A stretch of DNA of 32,000 nt from Dubosiella newyorkensis (GTDB taxonomy: Bacteria; Bacillota_I; Bacilli_A; Erysipelotrichales; Erysipelotrichaceae), in contig NZ_MPKA01000102.1 in NCBI RefSeq assembly GCF_001945605.1, positions 1-32,000 of the forward strand, read 5' to 3'. Below, in pieces: positions 15,244 to 28,857 of this stretch (the first letter of the stretch is position 1; the number at the start of each line of letters is the position of its first letter). Position numbers and translations under genes: made by a program. The notes below the pieces were generated by a model, which did not search any database, was not told the DNA's origin, and saw nothing but the letters and a program-made list of their open reading frames with translations.

Positions 15244-16686
15244 ATGTATTTAGAAGAATTGGTGGATACGATCTTATTGGAAGATATTGAAGTTGAATAT
15301 AAAAGCCGACTTAATCGAGAAGATGTGCTTGGTTGGCTAAAAACGATAGGTGGCTTTTCTAACGCTCAAGGCGGCCGTTTTTATATTGGAGTAGAGGACA
15401 AGACGAATAAACTCATTGGTTTTGATCGAAAGGAAGCTGACAATGAAAGAAACTACTTCAATAATATGGTCAATGACCACATTGTCCCTAGACCACAAAT
15501 GTCTATTTCTTTTCTTTCCTATAAAATAAAAGAAAAAGAACGGTTTGTCATCTGTATCAAGGTCGCAGAATCGAAAATCAAACCTGTAATCTGCAAATAT
15601 AAAGGAATCCCATCAATTTTTATGCGCAGAGATGGTTTTACCAACGGAGCCTCTTACGAAGAAATCATCGAAATGAGCATCAAAAGTAAAAATACACAAT
15701 ACGATATTCAGTTTTCTGAAACTCAATATGATCCAGAAGATTTCAAAGTGCTTCACTCTTTTTATGCTCGAAATAATTCCGGGAAAGAACTTCCCGAAAA
15801 AGCGCTTCGTTCTATGGGATTTTTTGATGAGCAAGGTCATTTAGCCAATGGAGCCATTCTTTTCTCCGATTCCTATCATGGAGAAAAAACAGCGGTTCAA
15901 TGTTCTATGTTTTCTGGCTTCAGCAAAGGAAGCGACCGCATCGTAACTGTCAATCGTTTTTATGGGAACGTGATCGATTCGATTCATTTTATTTTGGAGT
16001 TTGTAGAACAAAGAATGAATCATTCGATGATCAAGAAGGAAGGATATCGGAAAAACATTGATTCTTTTCCAGCAAGAGCATTATTTGAGGCCATCATCAA
16101 CGCGGTTGCACATCGTGATTACTATTTAGACGGGACCCAGATCCAAGTCGATCTATTTAAGGATCGATTAGAAATTTCTTCGCCCGGAAGCTTTTTTCAA
16201 GGAGAACAATTATCCAAAACTTACGACCTTTCTTCGATCATTTCGAAAAGAAGAAACGAGTTGATCGCTGCAGTATTAGTAATGTGTAATGTGATGGAAG
16301 CGGCAGGAACGGGTTTTGACAAAATTGTTTTAGAATATCGAGATGTAAACAAAAAACATCGACCTTATATTTTTTCTTCTTCGAATCATTTTACGATCGT
16401 TCTTCCAGATCTTACATATTTGGATGGTGTGGAAAACGGCTCTACGCCACGGCTATCCTTTATTCCTGTAGAAAATGGAACGAAGTATGATCAAAAAGTG
16501 CTTGAATTCTGTTATTACAGAGCGCATAAAATTTCAGAGATCGCTGAATATCTTGGCGTAAGCGACTCAACCTATTTTAGAAAAAATGTCATAGAGAATC
16601 TAGAAAAGCAAAACTATTTGCACAGCAGCAAACTCGGTAGAGCGAAATACTTCCGAACCAATCAAGAAATGGTGAGAATAGAATGA
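15244..16686 (+). CDS. AlbA_2 (Schlafen-like) / HATPase_c_4 / C-terminal winged-HTH protein (often annotated as putative transcriptional regulator or RecG-like)
   Basis: Track ORF starts at GTG 15220. ATG 15244 has the SD at 6-nt spacing. The N-terminus (LEDIEVEYKS...GGRFYIGVEDKTNKLIGF) resembles the AlbA_2 domain. The centre (ALFEAIINAVAHRDYYLDGTQIQVDLFKDRLEISSPG) resembles HATPase_c_4. The C-terminus (HKISEIAEYLGVSDSTYFRKNVIENL) looks like a wHTH. Confidence 0.75.
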   Translation: MYLEELVDTILLEDIEVEYKSRLNREDVLGWLKTIGGFSNAQGGRFYIGVEDKTNKLIGFDRKEADNERNYFNNMVNDHIVPRPQMSISFLSYKIKEKERFVICIKVAESKIKPVICKYKGIPSIFMRRDGFTNGASYEEIIEMSIKSKNTQYDIQFSETQYDPEDFKVLHSFYARNNSGKELPEKALRSMGFFDEQGHLANGAILFSDSYHGEKTAVQCSMFSGFSKGSDRIVTVNRFYGNVIDSIHFILEFVEQRMNHSMIKKEGYRKNIDSFPARALFEAIINAVAHRDYYLDGTQIQVDLFKDRLEISSPGSFFQGEQLSKTYDLSSIISKRRNELIAAVLVMCNVMEAAGTGFDKIVLEYRDVNKKHRPYIFSSSNHFTIVLPDLTYLDGVENGSTPRLSFIPVENGTKYDQKVLEFCYYRAHKISEIAEYLGVSDSTYFRKNVIENLEKQNYLHSSKLGRAKYFRTNQEMVRIE

Positions 16687-16820
16687 AAAACCAGCTAACG
16701 CAGCCGGCTTCCATTTCCTTCAACAAGCGCTCTATGAAATCGAACACACGACAAAAAGCCATGCCGAAATATCGATGTTCAATCGTTTCAAAAAGAAGAT
16801 CGAAGACTTTAGCAGACATT

Positions 16821-16849
16821 TTGTTCCGCTTATCGATTCATGCTATAAT
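16821..16849 (+). promoter_or_regulatory. candidate promoter with extended -10 for the lipoprotein gene
   Basis: -35 TTGTTC (16821-16826), a 17-nt spacer, TGC-TATAAT (16841-16849). SD ggagg lies at 16855-16859. Confidence 0.5.
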
Positions 16850-16869
16850 TCGATGGAGGTGAAATCTCC

Positions 16870-17535
16870 ATGAAAAAGCAAATGACGAAGCTTCTTTGCT
16901 TCAGCTTGATGATCCTGCTTTCGGCATGCTCCATGCCAAAGATCACGACCGTCGAAGAAGCCAAAGTACAACAAGACAATACAGCTTCCACACTGAAGCC
17001 AAACGATCTTTATTGGGAACCCAAAGATCCAACGCCTTATATTGCGTCGACCTACAACGCCCTTAGTAGCCAAGGCCTTGACGAACAAGGACAAGCCGAG
17101 GCCGTATTGAAAGCGTTTTTAGCCGACTTTTTGACCCTCAGCAACAAAACGAGCGATGGCGATATTGGCGGACTCGATTATATTCCATCGAGCAGCGTTT
17201 CCGATTTTGAAGAATACGCCAAATATTATTATTATGACGCCTACGCTGATCTTTTGACCAACCAAGGCAGCTCGGCTCTACCGGAAGTGACGAACATTGA
17301 ATGCGAAAACATCCAGCCCGCCACGATTTCCTATATGGACCAAGATTATCCTGGATTTACGATGGATGCCAAGATCACGTATAAAAAGGGACAAGAGGCG
17401 TCCGACTTTAAAACGAGCGCTAAATGTTCAATAATCAAGATGCAGGACATTCATTACGTTTCTAAAAGCGATGTCACAAGCGGCAAAGAAGCGGGTGAAG
17501 CAAAAAACGTATACAGAGTGATCCAAGTCGAATAA
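16870..17535 (+). CDS. lipoprotein, unknown function
   Basis: Signal peptide with lipobox LSAC (Cys20). 221 aa. The mature part is rich in Asp, Ser and Tyr. Confidence 0.8.
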   Translation: MKKQMTKLLCFSLMILLSACSMPKITTVEEAKVQQDNTASTLKPNDLYWEPKDPTPYIASTYNALSSQGLDEQGQAEAVLKAFLADFLTLSNKTSDGDIGGLDYIPSSSVSDFEEYAKYYYYDAYADLLTNQGSSALPEVTNIECENIQPATISYMDQDYPGFTMDAKITYKKGQEASDFKTSAKCSIIKMQDIHYVSKSDVTSGKEAGEAKNVYRVIQVE

Positions 17536-17544
17536 AGAAAACAC

Positions 17545-17568
17545 AAAGACACTTTGGTGTCTTTTTTT
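17545..17568 (+). terminator. short hairpin plus T-run between the lipoprotein gene and the next gene (weak terminator or attenuator)
   Basis: aaagacac-tttg-gtgtcttt followed by ttttt. The T-run abuts the SD ggagg of the downstream gene. Confidence 0.45.
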
Positions 17569-17580
17569 GGAGGAATCAAA

Positions 17581-18750
17581 ATGTTTGTACAACTGATCTG
17601 TAAAGACCGCAACGAAAAAGAAATGAACGAATTATACGAAGTGCTAGGCGCGATCTGCCAACGAGAAGGGATCCAGATCGAAGACCGTGGAAACCAAGTC
17701 GAGATCCTAGCTTGCCCGCAAGGAAAGATCATCGTTACCGAACAAGATGAAACAATGGTCTTAAGCGCCAATACTCGTCACGCGGGCGCTGGATTCCACG
17801 CCTTTGTGGTCGATATTTTCAAAGATATCGAAGAAGAAGTGCCAGGCGAATATGAGCTCATCGACGACCTTGAGTACGCCAACGATGAAGATTTTCATCG
17901 ACTCCATCACGTGTATGAAAACGAACTCGACTATTTACGCAATCTATTATTGACCGATCCAGAATTCCGCAAAAAAAACTATCTCTATGATGAAACGTAT
18001 TTTTTGCCGATCGAAAAAGAAAACACCATATTGACACCTATTGGAGAAATGAGCCAAGACGAGTTGTTGAAGAAGGATCTACACGACCTTATGGACGCCT
18101 TCTATGTTTGGAACGATTGGGACCGCGACGCCCAGTTCTATAAAAACGTCGCCTTGACGCTTCTTGCCAAAGAAGGAGTCGGCATGTATACGAACATGAA
18201 CGAACAAACAGAAAAAGTCGCGAACGAAGTATGCGATTATCTAGAAATCGCCTATGAAAAAGATCCATCGATCTTGCTTCCGCTCATCGAATATAAAGAA
18301 TTGATCGACCGATTAGGAAGAGAAGACAAGCTCAAAGAAGCCAAAGGCCTCGACAAACCCGCCATTCAATATCGCACCGAAGAAGTATATCACCTCTTCC
18401 AGGACGCGAAAGTCGTCGCCCCAGGCGCTGCCGAAAGAAGCTATGATCCAATCAACGAATCGATGAATTTGATGGCTCCCTACATAGAAGAAGGACAATG
18501 GAGCTGGCTCATTCAAGCAAGCAAGAAACCAGACATAATCACTAATATGGAACATCTCCAAGAACAAGAGCCTTTGCAGATCCATGATAATATCGTATGG
18601 ATCGACGACTGGATGGAAGATGGCTACTATGTGATTGAAGCGATGCTTAGACACGATGAACAGTTCCTCTATTTCCACGATATTTGCGCCGATGAAAAAG
18701 AAGTCCCATACTTAAAAGAATGCATTTATAAAAGCGGATTTCAAAACTAA
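17581..18750 (+). CDS. acidic cytoplasmic protein of unknown function (389 aa)
   Basis: Track ORF trimmed to ATG 17581, with SD ggagg at 17569-17573. No TM segments and no motif I can assign. Rich in Glu and Asp. Confidence 0.7.
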   Translation: MFVQLICKDRNEKEMNELYEVLGAICQREGIQIEDRGNQVEILACPQGKIIVTEQDETMVLSANTRHAGAGFHAFVVDIFKDIEEEVPGEYELIDDLEYANDEDFHRLHHVYENELDYLRNLLLTDPEFRKKNYLYDETYFLPIEKENTILTPIGEMSQDELLKKDLHDLMDAFYVWNDWDRDAQFYKNVALTLLAKEGVGMYTNMNEQTEKVANEVCDYLEIAYEKDPSILLPLIEYKELIDRLGREDKLKEAKGLDKPAIQYRTEEVYHLFQDAKVVAPGAAERSYDPINESMNLMAPYIEEGQWSWLIQASKKPDIITNMEHLQEQEPLQIHDNIVWIDDWMEDGYYVIEAMLRHDEQFLYFHDICADEKEVPYLKECIYKSGFQN

Positions 18751-18766
18751 AGAAAAGAGAACTATA

Positions 18767-18793
18767 GAAAAAGCAGGACTCTGCCTGCTTTTT
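18767..18793. terminator. bidirectional terminator between convergent genes
   Basis: aagcagg (18771-18777) pairs with cctgctt (18784-18790). It is flanked by an A-run and a T-run. Confidence 0.7.
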
Positions 18794-18794
18794 C

Positions 18795-19775
18795 TTATTG
18801 AACAAAGTTGACATCTTGTTTTTGCGAAACCGTATAATTGATGAGCGCCTCACCATCTAGATCAAGCGATTTCGTATGCAGTCCATTGATCCTCTGATTC
18901 GCGTACGTCGTCCAATAGAAATCCATTGTTTCTAGATTCGCGCCCGACGTATACTGCGTGATCTCATAAAGACCATCCGAAGTTTGATCGCAACCATTCG
19001 CTTGTCCGACCGACTGCATAATATGGAAATATTGACTCAAGCAATCTTCATCCGTCTTCTTGCTCATCGAATTGGCGACCGTGAAATCAGCCCGAACAAA
19101 ACGCTCGACAGAACTCAAACCGCCAGGAAGACCATTCGAACCCATGCCAGTTCCATAAATCTCCAAATTTTCTGCTGGCGCGATCCGATTGTTTGGATAC
19201 TTCGCCGTTAATCCTTGATAGTTGCAGAAATTGTAGTATTGGCTTGGGAATTCTGGCTGGTTGGTCAAAACATTTACTGGATTATCATAAATATGAAGAC
19301 CATCTTTTGTTTGTTCGATCACGACTGTCGAATCTTTATCCGCGCATAACCAATGGAGCGGACTTGCCTGATATTTGTCAGAAACATTGATCGCCCGAAT
19401 GTTGATATTGGCAGCCAATTTCTTGATATCCGCGACCGATTTCGGCGAACTGAGAAGATAAGGAACCAACTCGAACGAACCAAGATTGACCTTTCCTTCC
19501 ACATGTTCTGAATTATATTCGCAGAATCCAGAAAAGTTGAGTCCAGTCACACCTACGCCAAACTCGTTGACCCTTTCAAAATACAATGGAAAACCATCCG
19601 CGATGATCGCCATCCCGACCATCGCCGCATGACTTTTGATCGCATCCGTTTCTTTGAATTCAAATGGATAATTTCTTGGCGTGACGGATACACAGTTGCC
19701 CATAGCGAACTGAAGATCTAAGTTTCGCCCAAAATAAGCGAGCCCTTCTTTGTTGTAGAGTACAGAAGTACACAT
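18795..19775 (-). CDS. choloylglycine hydrolase family protein (bile salt hydrolase / penicillin V acylase, Ntn hydrolase)
   Basis: N-terminal MCTS with the Cys2 nucleophile, FGRNLD motif, and 326 aa length typical of the family. Confidence 0.85.
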   Translation of the reverse strand: MCTSVLYNKEGLAYFGRNLDLQFAMGNCVSVTPRNYPFEFKETDAIKSHAAMVGMAIIADGFPLYFERVNEFGVGVTGLNFSGFCEYNSEHVEGKVNLGSFELVPYLLSSPKSVADIKKLAANINIRAINVSDKYQASPLHWLCADKDSTVVIEQTKDGLHIYDNPVNVLTNQPEFPSQYYNFCNYQGLTAKYPNNRIAPAENLEIYGTGMGSNGLPGGLSSVERFVRADFTVANSMSKKTDEDCLSQYFHIMQSVGQANGCDQTSDGLYEITQYTSGANLETMDFYWTTYANQRINGLHTKSLDLDGEALINYTVSQKQDVNFVQ

Positions 19776-19861
19776 AAATTTTCTCCTTTAACTATAAATC
19801 AATTATATGCCATCGTTATAATGAAATGTATTAACAAGCTCATAATATTAAAACAGAGAAT

Positions 19862-19899
19862 AAAAAACGATAGAAAGAAACTGCTCTTTCTATCGTTTT
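19862..19899 (-). terminator. rho-independent terminator after the LCP gene
   Basis: 13-bp stem aaacgatagaaag (19865-19877) pairs with ctttctatcgttt (19886-19898). On the minus strand it is followed by TTTTTTATT. Confidence 0.75.
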
Positions 19900-19904
19900 G
19901 GTCT

Positions 19905-21881
19905 TTATTGAACTTCACCCTGCTCAGGAGTCGTCGGCTGTTCTGTTGGTGTTTGTTCTGGCACAGACTCTTCTGGAACCTCCGGAGCAGGTTCTTGCGG
20001 CGTATCTGGTTCCGGTTGGCCTGGCGTCTCTTCTTGACTTGGCGCATCCTCTCCTTGACTAGGCTCTTGATTTCCACTCTCTTCTTCTTGCGGAAGAGAT
20101 GGTGTATAAACAGGCTGCTCGACTTGACTTGGCGCGATCACTTCGATCTGCTCGCTCTCCGCGCGGTTTTGTGAAACCGAAGCGTTGGAAGAATCGACGC
20201 GATCGATCCCATAATATACATTGTAAGGATCAAGACGACCAGCGTCTTCGCTCGTGATCATATATTCGCTGCGCGCTTGCGGATCTTTATACGCAATGAG
20301 AGAATGTGGATCTTTCGATAAGTTGAAACCAAACTTTTTAAGATTAGGCGTATAGAACATCCTCTGATAGGCATTATACACTTTGGAGAGATCTCCATTC
20401 GACAACAAATAACAGCTTACTGGAAGACTTGGCATCGAAACCGTCGTCAACGTCGCATCCACCCCTCCTTTGAGCGTCAAAGAATCCACGCTCCAAGGCT
20501 TGATATCGCTCAGCTGCTTTGAAATAAAAGCTTGCAGAGAGCTTAAAGGAATGTTGGTCGACACATATTTGGCCGCCACATTCATGACTCCGTTGATGTG
20601 GGCGATCCCTTCTGGACTTGTGAGCTTATCCATGATCGCGTGAATGATCTGCTGCTGGGCATTTTCACGACCCGTATTTCCATAGCCTTCCGTCTTGCGA
20701 TGACGAGAATAGGCGAGCGCTTCTTTTCCATTGAGAGTTTGGACGCCTTTTTTCAAATAGATCTTGTCTTGTTTCTTGAAACTTCGATTTTCGTCCTGTT
20801 CGCTAAAATCGATCTTGACATCGACTTTGACACCCCCTAAAGCATCGACAATATGAATGAGCGATTGGAAATTCATTTTCGCATAATAGTCGATCTCGAT
20901 CCCGAACGCTTCTTCGATCCCCTCCATACTGTTAAGCACTCCATCGTTGCCAAGATGGGTCAGCTTATCCGATCCATTCGCCATGGCAGGATTTGGCATA
21001 TAACTATCCCGAGGAATCGACACCGTGGTCATTTGATTGTTTTTTGGATCGACCATCACCAGAATATTGACATCGCTTCTCGCATCGAGATCCGGATCCT
21101 CTCCCTCGTCGATCCCCGACAAATAGACGACAAAGGGTTCTTTGGAAATATCGATCTCCGGAACTTTCGAAAGATCGATCTTCCGCGTGTCGCTAAACTC
21201 CTGAAGCTGACGAGTATCGGATTGAATCGATTTGTATCGTTCTTTGAGCATCATGATCCGATTGCTTGGAATGATCAGCGCGTCGATCTCGCCATTCATC
21301 AATCGATCATACAGCTGCTGATAGTCGTTGAGATCCACATATTCGATCGGCGCGACTTCCGTATTGATCTGCGCCATCGCTACGCTCGAACTTCTAGAAT
21401 CCATATTGTTCGAATACCCGATCTTTTTATTGGCCAGCTCTTCGATCGAATGGATCGGCGAATCTGTTTTAACGAGCAGCGAAACATGGATCGTGCTTTG
21501 TGTTCCGCGCGTGATATCGTTGAACGCCCGATACGTATTGATCAGCGTATAGTCGCCAAAACCATAGAGAGCGACCAAAACGACCATCACGACTTTATAA
21601 AGCGTGGAACGCCAGCTTTTTTTCTTTCGCTTTTTTAAAAGCACAAAAAACAACACGTCCAACAGCAATAAAATCGTCCCAGCCGCCAGCATAAATCGAA
21701 TATCGAGCATATGCAGCTGATAGATCAAAAAGATCAAGCCGATCGAAAGCGCGAACACGCAAGACCACAAGATCCAATCGAACAACTTCGAATTGGAAGC
21801 TTGTTTTTTAGGCGCTTTCTGTTTATTTTTATCTTCTTGAAGCGTTATTTTTTTCTTCTTCTTAAGGTCTACTTTCTTCAT
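19905..21881 (-). CDS. LCP (LytR-CpsA-Psr) family cell-wall glycopolymer transferase with Pro/Glu/Gln-rich C-terminal tail
   Basis: Lys-rich cytoplasmic N-terminus and TM segments. The LCP core pattern is present (NILVMVDPKNNQMTTVSIPRDSY ... ALAYSRHRK). The last 90 or so residues are low complexity (PEPDTPQEPAPEVPEESVPEQTPTEQPTTPEQ). Confidence 0.85.
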   Translation of the reverse strand: MKKVDLKKKKKITLQEDKNKQKAPKKQASNSKLFDWILWSCVFALSIGLIFLIYQLHMLDIRFMLAAGTILLLLDVLFFVLLKKRKKKSWRSTLYKVVMVVLVALYGFGDYTLINTYRAFNDITRGTQSTIHVSLLVKTDSPIHSIEELANKKIGYSNNMDSRSSSVAMAQINTEVAPIEYVDLNDYQQLYDRLMNGEIDALIIPSNRIMMLKERYKSIQSDTRQLQEFSDTRKIDLSKVPEIDISKEPFVVYLSGIDEGEDPDLDARSDVNILVMVDPKNNQMTTVSIPRDSYMPNPAMANGSDKLTHLGNDGVLNSMEGIEEAFGIEIDYYAKMNFQSLIHIVDALGGVKVDVKIDFSEQDENRSFKKQDKIYLKKGVQTLNGKEALAYSRHRKTEGYGNTGRENAQQQIIHAIMDKLTSPEGIAHINGVMNVAAKYVSTNIPLSSLQAFISKQLSDIKPWSVDSLTLKGGVDATLTTVSMPSLPVSCYLLSNGDLSKVYNAYQRMFYTPNLKKFGFNLSKDPHSLIAYKDPQARSEYMITSEDAGRLDPYNVYYGIDRVDSSNASVSQNRAESEQIEVIAPSQVEQPVYTPSLPQEEESGNQEPSQGEDAPSQEETPGQPEPDTPQEPAPEVPEESVPEQTPTEQPTTPEQGEVQ

Positions 21882-21973
21882 AACATCACCAAAAGTATAG
21901 TAGCATTTTTGTTAGAGAAAACAAAACAGAAGCATAGATGCAAATTATGTTAAAATGGTACAAGGTGATAGAA

Positions 21974-27155
<5,182 letters not shown>

Positions 27156-27165
<10 letters not shown>

Positions 27166-27473
27166 AAAGAGGGATCATTTTGGAAAAATTCAGCAATGAG
27201 TATTTTAAAAAGCTAGCCAATGATTTGCGTTTTGATTTGAATGACGAAGAGATCGAAGCGCTCAAGCGCGACTTTATCGAAGTGGAAAAACAAGAACGGC
27301 TTTTCGAAAGTATCGATACGGACGGGATCGAGCCGATGGTCTATCCGTTCGAGGCGCCAACGGTTTTTTTACGGGAAGATCAAGTCGAGGAAGTGCTTTC
27401 GCAAAAGGACGCGTTGGAAAACGCGGCTGATGTTCGAATGGGACACGTGCATGTACCAAAGGTGGTGAAGTAA
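27156..27473 (+). CDS. gatC: Asp/Glu-tRNA amidotransferase subunit C
   Basis: Small acidic protein directly upstream of gatA, with a GatC-like pattern (LANDLRFDLNDEEIEAL ... IEPMVYPFE). TTG 27180, with SD aaagaggg, is an alternative start. Confidence 0.85.
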
Positions 27474-27474
27474 G

Positions 27475-28857
27475 ATGAAGATCCATGAGCAAAAAAGCTT
27501 TCAGGAAGCGCGCGATCAATTGAAAGAAAGCCAAGCGGCTTTGAACGCGCTCGTAAGTATCTATGAGGAAAAAGAGCCTTCGAAAAGCGAAGGGAAACTA
27601 GCTGGAGTGCCTGTTGTTTTGAAAGACAACATCAACACGAAAGGGCATTTGACGACGGCTTCAAGCAAGATCTTAGAAAATTATGTGCCTGTGTATGATG
27701 CGACAATCGTAAAAAAACTCAAAGAAGCGGGGGCTTCTATTGTGGCGAAAGCGAGCATGGACGAGCTTGGAATGGGCGGAACGAATCGAAACGCTTTGAC
27801 AGGGCCTGTGCATAATCCATACGATCTAGATCGGATTTCAGGAGGAAGTTCGGGAGGATGCGCGGTCGTTGTCGCCAGCGGGATCGTTCCTCTTTCGATC
27901 GGGACCGATACGGGGGATTCGATCCGTAAGCCTGCGGCCTATACGGGTGTGGTTGGTGTGAAGCCAACGTATGGCCGTATTTCTCGGTATGGGATCATTC
28001 CTTACGCGAGTTCATTGGATACGGTGGGGTATTTTACGACGAATGTGGCGGATGCCGCTTTGGCGTTGGAAGTGCTTGCTGGACGAGACGATCACGATAT
28101 GACTTCTTCGTATGAAGAAGTTTTAGAATATTCTCAGCTTTTGAACGCGGATCTAGAAGGGAAGCGGATCGGAATTTTTAAAACGGTCAACGAGGAAGTG
28201 AAAGATCCGATCATCAAGGCAGGTTTTGAACAGTTGGAGGAAAAGCTTCGCGCCAAAGGGGCGATCCTTGTTGAAAAGAGGATGCCAGAACAATATATGA
28301 ATTTGATCGCGCCGGTGTATCGGACGATCGCCAATGCCGAAGCGACCGCGAACCATTCGAATTTGGATGGGATCCGGTTTGGGCGTCGTGAAAATGGCGA
28401 AAGCGTGGACGCGGTCATGACGAATTCGAGAACGGCTGGCTTTTCAAGTTATGTGCGGGCTCGTTTTGTGATCGGTTCATATTCGTTGTTTGAAGAAAAT
28501 CAAGATAAGCTTTTTAGAAAGGCGCAGAAGATTCGTCGTCTGCTCGTGAGGGCGTATGCTGATTTGTTCAAAGATATTGATGGTTTGTTGGCGATCGCGG
28601 CGCCTACCCTCGCGCCAAAGATCAAGGAGAGCAGCGATTTACGCTTTCAAGAAGCTTCGTTCGCGGAAGATCATATGCAGTTGGGTAATTTTTCTGGCTA
28701 TCCTTCGATGACGCTTCCTTTAGGCTTTGAGGATGGGCTTCCTTTTGCTGTGAATTTGACGTGCAGGCCGTTTGAAGAAGAAACGATGTTTGATTTGGCG
28801 GACGGCATTGAGGAGTGCACAGGGTTGGCAGGACAAGTAAAAGAGGTGAGAGCATGA
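27475..28857 (+). CDS. gatA: Asp/Glu-tRNA amidotransferase subunit A
   Basis: Amidase signature GGSSGG with the Ser-Ser-Lys context. 460 aa. It lies between gatC and gatB. Confidence 0.93.
   Translation: MKIHEQKSFQEARDQLKESQAALNALVSIYEEKEPSKSEGKLAGVPVVLKDNINTKGHLTTASSKILENYVPVYDATIVKKLKEAGASIVAKASMDELGMGGTNRNALTGPVHNPYDLDRISGGSSGGCAVVVASGIVPLSIGTDTGDSIRKPAAYTGVVGVKPTYGRISRYGIIPYASSLDTVGYFTTNVADAALALEVLAGRDDHDMTSSYEEVLEYSQLLNADLEGKRIGIFKTVNEEVKDPIIKAGFEQLEEKLRAKGAILVEKRMPEQYMNLIAPVYRTIANAEATANHSNLDGIRFGRRENGESVDAVMTNSRTAGFSSYVRARFVIGSYSLFEENQDKLFRKAQKIRRLLVRAYADLFKDIDGLLAIAAPTLAPKIKESSDLRFQEASFAEDHMQLGNFSGYPSMTLPLGFEDGLPFAVNLTCRPFEEETMFDLADGIEECTGLAGQVKEVRA

Noticed and set aside
14192-16686. 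The methyltransferase plus AlbA_2/ATPase divergent pair considered as a restriction-modification or BREX/DISARM-like defence unit.
   Set aside because: The methyltransferase motifs and size match RlmI/YwbD-type RNA m5C enzymes, not DNA methyltransferases. No nuclease, helicase or specificity subunit is present, and the methyltransferase has native-like codon usage.
16589-16819. 76-aa minus-strand ORF overlapping the 3' end of the AlbA_2 gene and the following spacer.
   Set aside because: It has no convincing RBS, it overlaps a well-supported gene, and I recognise no family. It may be a remnant of a deleted gene, but this cannot be supported from the sequence alone.
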